Assembly (NCBI GenBank): GCA_039024555.1
Contig: JBCCQQ010000011.1
Span: 32,001 to 96,000, forward strand
DNA length: 64,000 bases
Direction: 5' to 3'
Source: Cyanobacteria bacterium P01_D01_bin.156
GTDB lineage: Bacteria; Cyanobacteriota; Cyanobacteriia; Phormidesmidales; Phormidesmidaceae
Position numbers and translations under genes: made by a program. Position 1 is the first letter of the stretch. The number at the start of each line of letters is the position of its first letter. A model generated the notes under the pieces. That model was given only the letters and a program-made list of their open reading frames with translations, had not been told where the DNA came from and made no database searches. This document shows, one piece after another, positions 49,478 through 58,622 of this stretch.

Positions 49478-50563
49478 ATGAACCAAAAGCAGGTGATTAC
49501 CGAGCTTCAAACCAAAGGCCTTAACCTGGTGACCGACACCGTTGGCGCATCCGGGCGAAAAGGGGGCGCGGGGCCATCGGACCACAAAGCCATCACCATT
49601 GGTGAAACCACGTTCATGGTACCGGTATACACCGATGGAGCTGCCCAGTCTCCCTACGGTGTTAACAACGACTCGGGTCAGGCTGTTTTAACCAAAGATA
49701 ATCAGGCCATTACCGAGCTAGACTTTCCAGAGAAACCCAAGTTTTACGACCTCACCACAGCAGAGGGCATCCCTTACTGGAAAATTGCCCTGTTGCACAG
49801 TCGTAATGTTCTCGCCACCACCGTTCTTCAAACGTGCATCCGCTACGACAATCGCAAAACCGCCTGTCAGTTCTGCGCCATTGGACAATCCTTAGAAGCC
49901 GACCGCACCATTGCTAAAAAAACACCTGAACAACTGGCAGAAGTGGCGGAAGCAGCGGTGCGTCTGGACGGCATAGAAAATATGATCATGACCACAGGAA
50001 CGCCCAACGTCACCGATCGGGGGGCCGCTTACCTAACAGAATGTGCCCAGGCGATTCGGGCTCGGGTCAGTCATCTCCCCATACAGGCCCAGTGCGAACC
50101 CCCCAATGATTTTACCTGGTTTGAACGCATGCGCTCGGCGGGCATTGATAGTTTAGGCATGCATTTAGAAGCCGCCGACCCTGAAGTGCGAGCTAAAATT
50201 ATGCCGGGTAAGGCAAAGGTGCCACTTTCCTATTATTTCAAAGCGTTTGAAGCCGCAACAAAGGTCTTTGGCCGAGGACAGGTCAGCACCTACTTGTTGG
50301 CAGGGCTGGGGGACAGTCAAGAAACGCTGCTAAACGTGAGTGAGCGCCTCATTGATATTGGGGTGTATCCCTTTGTGGTTCCCTTTGTGCCCATCGGGGG
50401 AACGCCGTTGGCAGACCATAAGCCCCCGAGCAGTGACTTTATGTACGACCTGTATCAGGGTATTGGGCAAATGCTAAAGCAGGCAAATCTGTTGTCCAGT
50501 GAGATGAAGGCTGGCTGCGGCAAGTGTGGAGCTTGTTCAGCGTTGTCGTTGTTTGAGAGTTAA
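49478..50563 (+). CDS. nitD: MSMEG_0568-family radical SAM protein
   Basis: GGAGPSDHK, Cx9Cx2C (CIRYDNRKTACQFC), C-terminal CGKCGAC. Confidence 0.9.
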   Translation: MNQKQVITELQTKGLNLVTDTVGASGRKGGAGPSDHKAITIGETTFMVPVYTDGAAQSPYGVNNDSGQAVLTKDNQAITELDFPEKPKFYDLTTAEGIPYWKIALLHSRNVLATTVLQTCIRYDNRKTACQFCAIGQSLEADRTIAKKTPEQLAEVAEAAVRLDGIENMIMTTGTPNVTDRGAAYLTECAQAIRARVSHLPIQAQCEPPNDFTWFERMRSAGIDSLGMHLEAADPEVRAKIMPGKAKVPLSYYFKAFEAATKVFGRGQVSTYLLAGLGDSQETLLNVSERLIDIGVYPFVVPFVPIGGTPLADHKPPSSDFMYDLYQGIGQMLKQANLLSSEMKAGCGKCGACSALSLFES

Positions 50564-50610
50564 AAGATTTTATAAACCGATGGCCCATCAGGGACTCGGT
50601 GATTTTTTGG

Positions 50611-50712
50611 GTTCTCCTTAGTAAGGGGAATCGTCAAGGAGGGGGAATCGATGATTAGCACAGACGACAAAGACCCCTCCGCCTACGGCACCTCCCCTTA
50701 CCAAGGGGAGGA
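50611..50712. repeat. Palindromic intergenic repeat (CCCCTT-N3/4-AAGGGG family)
   Basis: 30 nt AAGACCCCTCCGCCTACGGCACCTCCCCTT (50670-50699) identical to 57346-57375, followed by a 3-nt loop and AAGGGGAGGA. Confidence 0.85.
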
Positions 50713-50759
50713 CGTTGCAGAACATAATCCTTGCTTTTTGTTTTTCGCTTTCTAAAACT

Positions 50760-51272
50760 ATGAAAAAACGTACCTATAGTTTTCAACTGGCCCTTTCTAA
50801 ACCCGATATTGCCGATTATTTTAATTTACGGCAACAAATTTTCTGTGCAGAACAGGGGCTTTTTCAAGACCACGATCGCGATTCCATCGATGAGACCTCC
50901 TACCCGATTGTCTCTATTGCCCATACGCTAGAACAGCCCGACCAGGTTGTCGGAGTAGTGCGCATCTATGAAGAAAAGCCACGACTCTGGTATGGCGGAC
51001 GTTTGGGGGTACATCCAGACTTTCGTCGGGTCGGTCGCATTGGTAAGGGGCTGATTCAAAAAGCAGTGACAACAGCAAATACCTGGGGTTGCGATCGCTT
51101 CCTAGCTACGGTTCAATTGCAAAACGTGCGTTTCTTCACCCGACTGCACTGGCATAGTTTGGAGGAGATTGAGGTGATGGGGCACCCTCATCATTTGATG
51201 GAAGCCGATTTGGCATACTATCCTGCAACAGATCAGCCACGTCCAGTGTTACCGCTTAAACAAGTTGCTTAG
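50760..51272 (+). CDS. nitE: MSMEG_0567/Sll0786-family GNAT protein
   Basis: LRQQIFCAEQGLF, VVGVVRI, WYGGRLGV, FLATVQLQN; cluster order. Confidence 0.88.
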   Translation: MKKRTYSFQLALSKPDIADYFNLRQQIFCAEQGLFQDHDRDSIDETSYPIVSIAHTLEQPDQVVGVVRIYEEKPRLWYGGRLGVHPDFRRVGRIGKGLIQKAVTTANTWGCDRFLATVQLQNVRFFTRLHWHSLEEIEVMGHPHHLMEADLAYYPATDQPRPVLPLKQVA

Positions 51273-51711
51273 GAAAGTCATTACTAATAAAAAATTTTCC
51301 AAATTTGGTAGGGATAACCTGATTAATCGACACCGCCGTAACCCCAACCTTACCGATATTTTCGATATGAAAGATAACTTCCTTTCGGGGGAACCCCAAT
51401 ATGCCTAACTAAGATAACTTGATTATTTCCGAAAGGGGAGTCTAGGCCCCCACATTAGGAGGGGTTCGGGGAGGAAAGCCCTGAGCAACATTTATCACCA
51501 TTTGCCATTTTGCTGCTGTACTTTTTAGATATTGATTAAAAGCAAAACCGGTTGCGTGGGGTCCCTCCGAGTTCCCTTTCCGGAAGTCGTTACATTATCC
51601 TCATCAGCATATTGGGGCTTCCCTATGTCCAGGGCGTTCCGCCGCCCTACAACCCTACGGAAAAATATAAAAGATATCCCTCGTAGGCGGTTTGAGTGAT
51701 CGGTAAGGTAG

Positions 51712-51745
51712 TTTAGAATTTTGCGCGCTGCGACAAAATTCTAAA
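51712..51745. repeat. 12-bp stem-loop between nitE and nitF
   Basis: TTTAGAATTTTG-N10-CAAAATTCTAAA. Confidence 0.6.
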
Positions 51746-51849
51746 AAAGGTAGGTTATCTACTTTCTGATAAATAGGCAAAATCATCGTTCGGATTATGA
51801 TTTCTTTTAACTCTTGAGAACGTCAGAAAATATAGCTTTATAACAACTA

Positions 51850-52821
51850 ATGAGCGAAAGCCTTTCTGAGCTAGTTTCTTCTCTCCAAGAATCTGTCAGC
51901 ATCCTTAACAAAAAAGATATCCAAACTGCAGCCAATACCATTGGCCAATATGTCCCCTCTGCCAACGGACAACCTATCCACCTTGGCGATGACTGCGCCG
52001 CTATTCCCGACAATGACAGCTATCTCCTCCTCGCTGCCGAAGGCATCTGGCCCCAGCTTGTTACCCAAGAGCCTTGGTTTGCCGGATGGTGCGCCATTAT
52101 GGTCAACATTTCCGATATTGCTGCCATGGGGGGCACTCCCATCGCCGTCGTTGATGCTCTGTGGAGTCAGTCGGTTAAGGCTAGCACGCCCCTATGGCAA
52201 GGTATGCAAGCAGCTGCAAAGGCTTACAATGTGCCGATTGTGGGCGGCCATACTAATTGCCATAGTCCCTACGATGGTCTTGCCGTTGCCATTCTCGGTC
52301 GGGCGCAGAGACTTATTACCAGCTTTGATGCCCAGCCTGGGGATGATTTGGTCATGGTGGTCAATATGGCAGGTAGTTACTACGGCGACTATCCATTTTG
52401 GAATGCAGCGACAACAGCAGAGCCGGAGTTGTTGCAACAGCACATTGCGCTACTGCCTAAACTGGCAGCAAGTGGCCTATGCAAGGCGGGTAAAGACATT
52501 AGCATGGGTGGGCTGGCAGGTACGTTGCTGATGCTGACCGAAGCATCAGGTGTAGGCGCAGTGTTAGATCTGGATTTAGTACCTCCTCCATCGGGTGTGC
52601 CGTGGCGGAAGTGGTTGACTAGCTTTCCTAGTTTTGGTTTTTTGTTCAGTGTATCGCCAGAGAATTTGGGGCAGGTACAGGCGTTATTTCAGCCCCATGG
52701 GTTGATGTGTAAGGCGATTGGTAAAGTGACAGCCGGGTCTCAGGTGATTTTTCAGCAGACCGGAGCACAAGAAGTATTCTGGGATTCCAGTTATCCATTA
52801 ACAGGGTTCGGAAAAAGATAA
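51850..52821 (+). CDS. nitF: Sll0787-family AIR-synthase-like protein
   Basis: LGDDCAAI, VNISDIAAMGG, IVGGHT, KDISMGG, FPSFGFL. Confidence 0.9.
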   Translation: MSESLSELVSSLQESVSILNKKDIQTAANTIGQYVPSANGQPIHLGDDCAAIPDNDSYLLLAAEGIWPQLVTQEPWFAGWCAIMVNISDIAAMGGTPIAVVDALWSQSVKASTPLWQGMQAAAKAYNVPIVGGHTNCHSPYDGLAVAILGRAQRLITSFDAQPGDDLVMVVNMAGSYYGDYPFWNAATTAEPELLQQHIALLPKLAASGLCKAGKDISMGGLAGTLLMLTEASGVGAVLDLDLVPPPSGVPWRKWLTSFPSFGFLFSVSPENLGQVQALFQPHGLMCKAIGKVTAGSQVIFQQTGAQEVFWDSSYPLTGFGKR

Positions 52822-52825
52822 TCTT

Positions 52826-52949
52826 GTAGGGGTGGTGCCTCGTGCCCACCCTGCGACATTGGGCGGTACCAACCGAGATTTGATTTATACGCGGTTAGCA
52901 AAATGATCATCTGTAGGTATTGAGGGCACCCACGAGGGGATGCCCCTAC
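52826..52949. repeat. GTAG-type REP doublet (REPIN-like)
   Basis: GTAGGGGTGGTGCCTCGTGCCCACCCT ... AGGGCACCCACGAGGGGATGCCCCTAC in inverted orientation between convergent genes. Confidence 0.65.
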
Positions 52950-53539
52950 GGGTTTTCTCTAAATGCCCTAAACGCAACAGCAATTCGTCTACCCTGCAAT
53001 TTCGCAGATTTCGGTACCTCATGGGTCCATGCCAAATTTGTCCCATAGGGCATTACAAAAACAGTGCCATGGTCTGCCGGAAAATCTTGATATCCCTTTC
53101 TTTGCCAGGGACGCAACCGAAACACCCTAGACTGCCCCAACGACAAAGTAACAATGGGTGCGCCGTCGAGCATATTCTGGGTACTGTCGCGGTGTTTGCC
53201 GATGTAGTGGCCCAGTTTGCCGTCGTACCAGGTTAGTAAGATGCCATTAAGGCGGGCATCGATGGTGGTTTTGGCCCAGTGCCAGATGGGGTGAATCTGG
53301 TCGGGAACGGGCAAGGCGGAGTTGGTGGCACCGGAGTAGCTATAGGCTTTATTGTAGGCTTGTTCCCAGCGTGGGGTGGCGACGGTGCGACCGTGGATTT
53401 TGATGGTGTTGTAGTTTGGTGGATGGAGTGCCCAGAGGGTTTCGAACTGTTGGATAGTGGGTAAAAGGGCATCTGGCAGGCTGCCCTGCCAGAGATGGTG
53501 GTGAGGATCTAAAGAATGGCGTTGAAATTCGGGATACAT
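52946..53539 (-). CDS. AlkB-family 2OG-Fe(II) oxygenase
   Basis: YIGKHRD (HxD), IVTLSLG, WTHEVPK, RIAVAFR (Rx5R). Confidence 0.85.
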   Translation of the reverse strand: MYPEFQRHSLDPHHHLWQGSLPDALLPTIQQFETLWALHPPNYNTIKIHGRTVATPRWEQAYNKAYSYSGATNSALPVPDQIHPIWHWAKTTIDARLNGILLTWYDGKLGHYIGKHRDSTQNMLDGAPIVTLSLGQSRVFRLRPWQRKGYQDFPADHGTVFVMPYGTNLAWTHEVPKSAKLQGRRIAVAFRAFRENP

Positions 53540-53572
53540 GAGTGATTATCCACATTATGCATAGATCCCGAA

Positions 53573-53660
53573 GGCCCCCTTTTCCCAATCCTGGGGGAGA
53601 CTAGACTCAAAGCCCCCAGAATATAGCCCAAGGGGCATTCAAGAAAGGGGGGTTGGGGGC
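53573..53660. repeat. C/G-tract intergenic repeat element
   Basis: GGCCCCC...GGGGGAG...GCCCCCAGAAT...GGGGGGTTGGGGGC; a similar string lies at ~51436-51472. Confidence 0.45.
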
Positions 53661-53706
53661 AAATTCGAAGAAGTCAAACAGCGCAATATTCAAAGACTCC
53701 CACACC

Positions 53707-56388
53707 TCAGCCAATCTGTTCTTCTAACTCCGCAATCTCTCCATTTCGCCGATGATATCCAACAATCTCCCCTTCCTTAAACAAGCCAATGTACTCCGGG
53801 GGCTCCCATTCATCCCTTGTAGACACATAGGGTATATAAGGCTGCTCTGTTTTTTTAACCAAAGCTTTTGCCTCGTCAAGTTTAATGCGAGCTTGGGCCT
53901 TATCGTCCAGAATCAGCGCTAAGCGACAGCGCTCAAGAGCCGCTTCGATTTGAAAGATAACCATATTGCTGCGACCTGAAATTTGTTCAATTTCAGTAAG
54001 ATCGCGTTCGGCTTGTTCCAAATAATCTTTTTTTCCTAATTGTGCGCTTACTCTCCATAATACTGAGCGCGACAATAAACTTATAGAAGTGTACTGTTGA
54101 GTCCCTGATTGACGAAGTAAGATAACACTTTTATCAAGATATTCTGTGGCTTTTTTAAGGGTATCTGTATGAATTGATTTGCTGTCACTAAATCCAAATG
54201 TCTTTCGCATTTTAATTATTACTTCCAACAACCAATTATTGCCTAGTGTTAAATTGCTGAGTCCCATATGGTATATGGATTTCTTTTGGTCAGAAATTTC
54301 AAATGAAAGTTTTGCTAATTTACGAACTTTCTGGCAACGAGACAAAGCTATATTAATTCTATTATGCTTTGATTTCGTTTTATTTTTAAGAATAGCTCTT
54401 GAAATTTTTTCCATTAAAAAATCATAGTAATAGAACCCCTGTAATGAATAGAGAAATGGGGTTTTTGGTTGATATTTAATTTGTCTTTTTTCTGCATCCT
54501 TAAAGACTTCCAAAGCCTCATCATATCGAGCAGCCTGATGAAGAGTCTGAGCAAACCTAACTCTTCCAAATATTTGTTTAGCTGAATTATGACTACAATC
54601 AGCTAGTTCCATACATTGTTCAGCCACTTGCACAGCACTGGCTATATTTCCTTGCGACCAGTACAATCCACTAAGGTTGTTCGAACCTTGAGCTGCATTT
54701 CTAATATCCCCTAACAATATTCTGGCTTCTATACCACGCTGTATTGGTTCTGTTGCTTCTGCCAAATGGCCTAAAGTTTGCAAGCAAAAACCAGCTTCAT
54801 CAAGAAGCCAAGCATGATCTTCGGCAGTCAATCCAGGCACGGTTGAGTGCCAAGATTTCTCAAAAAACATATTGACTAGAACTAACTGATTACTAACTGC
54901 TCCAAGAGTAAAAATAGAGAAGTGCAAGTTATCGCGCCGAATACGTTTTCTGAATATATGATCGTAAGCTTGTTTGTGTAAGTTAGCTTTGCAGCCATGG
55001 ACTACAGCATGATACAGCGGCATCATTTCTTTTAGCGTATCTGGTAGTTCTGGAGTTGCTTTTTTTAGATGTTCATAAATACGAGAATGTGCTTTTTGAG
55101 TTTCACTTTTGTAATGAGTAGAAAGTTGGGTAGAAAAGTACTCACGAATAAGTGGATGAGCATCCAAAAAAAGTGGAATTTCAGCTTGTTTATTTATTCT
55201 ACTAGAGTAGCTATCTGTACTCAATAAACCATACTCTATTAGGTTGGAGATAGCCCAATTCCATTCCTCAGACTTGAGCCCTACTAGAATGTCAGTAAGC
55301 CCGGAAATAGCTGGAGCTACGCATACTGCTTCCAGACAATCTACTTCGGCAGGACGATCAAAAAGGCCCAATAATCTTAAAATTGATAGCTCTGGGCCTT
55401 CGCCTAACCATATCTCGTATTTTTCCACTAATTTACGAGCATGACCACCTTGTAACTGATCTACCTGTGTCAAATCCAATTCTCTGATGCGACGAACATC
55501 ACCATAACAAGCTTTTCGTAAATAATTGCCTAGTAGCCTTAGCGCTAGTCCATGCCCATGTACCTGTTTTGAAGCCTCTTCTAATTCCTGTGGGAGTCCT
55601 TTGACTCCTAATGCCTTTAACAATACAGCTCCTGTTTTCTCTGATAATGTCTCTAACTCAATCTCTTGAGCTGTAGGAATATCAGGGACAGAATATCGAG
55701 TTGTAATGATACATAGTCCTGAGTTGTCTGCTGCTAATTCTCGTACCAGAGCCTTTAGACCTTGATCCTTAATTCGGCCTGTTTCAGCTACCGCTGTTGC
55801 CCCCCATTGCAATGGTTCCATTCCGTCTAGAATCAATAAAGTCTTATGATGCCGTACTAACCTTGCCAAGCGTTCGCCTTTATCCCAGGTAGAACCCATT
55901 TCTGGACTGAGATCACCAAAAAATTGCAAAGCTCTATCAATAAACACATCTGCTGATGAGTGAGTATCATCTTGCGAACCTTGGCTGTAAAACGAATGAC
56001 CTAAGACGTACTGAGCACCACGCCAATCATCACGCTGAAGACTTTCAAGCCATGCAGCTACCAATGAGCTTTTGCCAACACCTCCAAAGGCCACAAGGCT
56101 TATCAACGTAGTATTTGGATCATCCCAAGCTCTATCAAGTTGTTCTAGTTCCTTTTCTCGACCAACAAAATGTGAAACAGCAGGCGGTAAATGGGCAATA
56201 GAAATAACAGGAGCATTTTTATTGAGATTTGATTGCAATGGCTTTGACAGCTCAGCGATTTTGGTATGACATTCAGTAATTTTCTGATGCAGTTCGAACT
56301 TTTGAGCCGCATCAGCTGCAATAGCTTCCTGAGCTTGCAAATACTCAAGCTTCTTTTGCCAGACCTCAAGAGCTTGTTGACTTGCCAT
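53707..56388 (-). CDS. STAND-class (NLR-like) ATPase with N-terminal helical coupling module and C-terminal TPR-like sensor
   Basis: FVGREKEL, Walker A GGVGKS, Walker B LLILDGME, sensor-1 IITTR, GHGLAL (GLPLA-equivalent), HPLIRE winged-helix motif, then helical repeats. Confidence 0.85.
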   Translation of the reverse strand: MASQQALEVWQKKLEYLQAQEAIAADAAQKFELHQKITECHTKIAELSKPLQSNLNKNAPVISIAHLPPAVSHFVGREKELEQLDRAWDDPNTTLISLVAFGGVGKSSLVAAWLESLQRDDWRGAQYVLGHSFYSQGSQDDTHSSADVFIDRALQFFGDLSPEMGSTWDKGERLARLVRHHKTLLILDGMEPLQWGATAVAETGRIKDQGLKALVRELAADNSGLCIITTRYSVPDIPTAQEIELETLSEKTGAVLLKALGVKGLPQELEEASKQVHGHGLALRLLGNYLRKACYGDVRRIRELDLTQVDQLQGGHARKLVEKYEIWLGEGPELSILRLLGLFDRPAEVDCLEAVCVAPAISGLTDILVGLKSEEWNWAISNLIEYGLLSTDSYSSRINKQAEIPLFLDAHPLIREYFSTQLSTHYKSETQKAHSRIYEHLKKATPELPDTLKEMMPLYHAVVHGCKANLHKQAYDHIFRKRIRRDNLHFSIFTLGAVSNQLVLVNMFFEKSWHSTVPGLTAEDHAWLLDEAGFCLQTLGHLAEATEPIQRGIEARILLGDIRNAAQGSNNLSGLYWSQGNIASAVQVAEQCMELADCSHNSAKQIFGRVRFAQTLHQAARYDEALEVFKDAEKRQIKYQPKTPFLYSLQGFYYYDFLMEKISRAILKNKTKSKHNRINIALSRCQKVRKLAKLSFEISDQKKSIYHMGLSNLTLGNNWLLEVIIKMRKTFGFSDSKSIHTDTLKKATEYLDKSVILLRQSGTQQYTSISLLSRSVLWRVSAQLGKKDYLEQAERDLTEIEQISGRSNMVIFQIEAALERCRLALILDDKAQARIKLDEAKALVKKTEQPYIPYVSTRDEWEPPEYIGLFKEGEIVGYHRRNGEIAELEEQIG

Positions 56389-56460
56389 ACTTCTTCTTCA
56401 TCCCATTACCTGCAAGCACCATATACCTATCTATTTGATTAACCTCCATCCTGACTCGAT

Positions 56461-57120
56461 TCATTCACTCAGTTCACGATTTTTTTGCTGAGCCTCTTCA
56501 ATCTGTTTTTTCAGTGCAAACTTCTGACTAGGATCAACTGTAATCGCTTCCTGCTCTTGCAAAAACGCTAGCTTCTCTTGCCAAATAGCCACCGCGTCAC
56601 TGCAGGCCAGTGACGCGGTGGCTGATTGTGGGGCAACCGCTGCCGACTGAGAAGCTATAGCTTTCGACAAGGGTGGATGATGGGAAGCCACCCGAAGCGC
56701 TCGAATCAGTTTTTGAAAAACGACGTCTCGCCGGTCATCTGGAAATAGATCTACAAATTGAAGCCGATCCAACGTACGAATACCATCGATCTCGATCATC
56801 GGAATCTCACACTCCGATAACCGCACCGGAATCAAAAAAATATCACCAGGCGGATAATCCCGTAGCATATTGATCGCATCCAACGCCTCTGGATAAATCC
56901 CAGATGTAGTCCGGGCTGACGTTTCTTTTGATAAACAGAGTAAGACCGCATAGGCATCCCGCATCGCCTTACGAATTTCTAGCTTCCAATCCTGCCCCGG
57001 CAGAATATCTTGATCCCACCAGACTGATTCGCCTGCAGCGGTCAGCTCACCATGGAGACGGCCTACCTCATCAGCATTGTCTCGACAGTAGGAGAGAAAA
57101 ACATGCTTCTTAGCCATCAA
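56461..57120 (-). CDS. TIR-domain protein with C-terminal helical coupling module
   Basis: HVFLSYCRDN, VWWDQDILPGQDW, VLLCLS...GIYPE, FLIPVRL, FVDLF; Ala/Ser/Pro linker; 44-aa tail homologous to the STAND N-terminus. Confidence 0.9.
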   Translation of the reverse strand: MMAKKHVFLSYCRDNADEVGRLHGELTAAGESVWWDQDILPGQDWKLEIRKAMRDAYAVLLCLSKETSARTTSGIYPEALDAINMLRDYPPGDIFLIPVRLSECEIPMIEIDGIRTLDRLQFVDLFPDDRRDVVFQKLIRALRVASHHPPLSKAIASQSAAVAPQSATASLACSDAVAIWQEKLAFLQEQEAITVDPSQKFALKKQIEEAQQKNRELSE

Positions 57121-57289
57121 CTTTCAGGGGGCACAATTTACCAGCTACTCCCAGTTTGCGCGGGGATTCTTGGAGTGTCAAGGTATGTAGTTACATTGAT
57201 ATTTAAGTTTTGTAGCCATTCGAATTTAGGCCGCTGCATCGCTCTTTTTTGCGACGGTTCCCCTAAAGCCCTGCGGGCATGGGCTAAAG

Positions 57290-57388
57290 CCTAAGGCAAG
57301 GGAAACCAACGGAGGGGTCTCCTCAATCGCTAGCGCCAAATACCGAAGACCCCTCCGCCTACGGCACCTCCCCTTGGTAAGGGGAGGA
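57290..57388. repeat. Palindromic intergenic repeat (CCCCTT-N3/4-AAGGGG family)
   Basis: Shares 30 identical nt with 50670-50699 and ACCAACGGAGGGGT with ~48088. Confidence 0.85.
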
Positions 57389-57483
57389 AGTTCTACAACA
57401 TTTCTTTCGCAGGAAAACTAACCTTTCTCAGGAACTCTGCAAGTACTCACCAACCCCTGATAGCATCAGAAAAAACCTTCCCC

Positions 57484-58617
57484 ATGCCCCTCCGCATCGC
57501 CCTCCTCACCTACTCCACCAAACCCCGTGGCAGCGTCATCCACACCCTAGAACTCGCCCAGGCCCTCGCCGAACTCGGCCACCACCCCTGCGTTTTCGCC
57601 CTCGATAAAGACAACCAAGGCTTTCACCGCCCCACCCCGTTCAACACCTACCCAGTCCCCGCCGCCACCTGCAACAAAAGCATCGACCAGCTCATCCAAC
57701 AACGCATCCAAGAATTTGTCGCCTTTTTCCAAAACCACCCACAACAGTACGACATCTACCACGCCCAGGACTGCCTCAGCGCCAATGCCCTAGCCATCCT
57801 CAAAGCCCAAGGCCGCATTCCCCACTTTGTACGTACCGTTCACCACATCGAAGACTTTCAAAGCCCCTATCTACAAGACTGCCAAGAGAAATCTATCTAC
57901 CAGCCAGACCGCTGCCTATGCGTCAGCCATATCTGGCAACAGGCACTGGCAAAAGACTATGGCATCCACGCCCATCGAGTAATCAACGGCGTTAGCAGTC
58001 GGTTTTCTGCCCAACTCGATGGTTCAGAAACCCAGTTAGCACAAGCCTACGGCATTCACGATGGCCCTATTTATCTCACCGTGGGCGGCATCGAACCCCG
58101 CAAGAATTCGATTAATTTACTCAAGGCATTTCACCAGGTCAAACAGCAACAGCCCCAGGCTCAGCTAGTCATTGCCGGTGGGGCCACCCTGTTTGACTAT
58201 CAACCCTACCGAGACAAGTTTATGGGGTTGTTAGAATCTTACGATTTAACCGATAGTCTGGTGCTGCCCGGTGTGGTTCCCGACAAGGATTTGCCCACAC
58301 TCTACCGGCTGGCCGATGTGTTTGTGTTTCCCTCAGTGCAGGAAGGCTGGGGTCTGGTGGTACTAGAAGCGATCGCATCTAATCTCCCCGTCCTCACCTC
58401 AAATCAGCCACCGTTTACTGAGTTTTTGTCACCTGACTCAGCCATGCTGGTCAATCCTGAAAATGTGGATGCGATCGCATCCGCCATGGTCACACTTCTC
58501 AATCCTGATATTGCCCAGCCGCTAGTTCACAACAGCCGCTCTATTGTCGAGACTTACAGCTGGAAACGATCCGCCCAAATGCACCTGGACCTCTATACTG
58601 AACTGGTTTCTAGCTAA
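57484..58617 (+). CDS. MSMEG_0565-family glycosyltransferase (GT4)
   Basis: YSTKPRGSVIH, HAQDCLS, RTVHH, GGIEPRKN, FPSVQEGWGLVVLEA. Confidence 0.9.
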   Translation: MPLRIALLTYSTKPRGSVIHTLELAQALAELGHHPCVFALDKDNQGFHRPTPFNTYPVPAATCNKSIDQLIQQRIQEFVAFFQNHPQQYDIYHAQDCLSANALAILKAQGRIPHFVRTVHHIEDFQSPYLQDCQEKSIYQPDRCLCVSHIWQQALAKDYGIHAHRVINGVSSRFSAQLDGSETQLAQAYGIHDGPIYLTVGGIEPRKNSINLLKAFHQVKQQQPQAQLVIAGGATLFDYQPYRDKFMGLLESYDLTDSLVLPGVVPDKDLPTLYRLADVFVFPSVQEGWGLVVLEAIASNLPVLTSNQPPFTEFLSPDSAMLVNPENVDAIASAMVTLLNPDIAQPLVHNSRSIVETYSWKRSAQMHLDLYTELVSS

Positions 58618-58622
58618 TGCAT

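Noticed and set aside
51941..52531. 196-aa alternative-frame ORF
   Set aside because: Lies entirely within nitF in another frame and has no recognisable domain.
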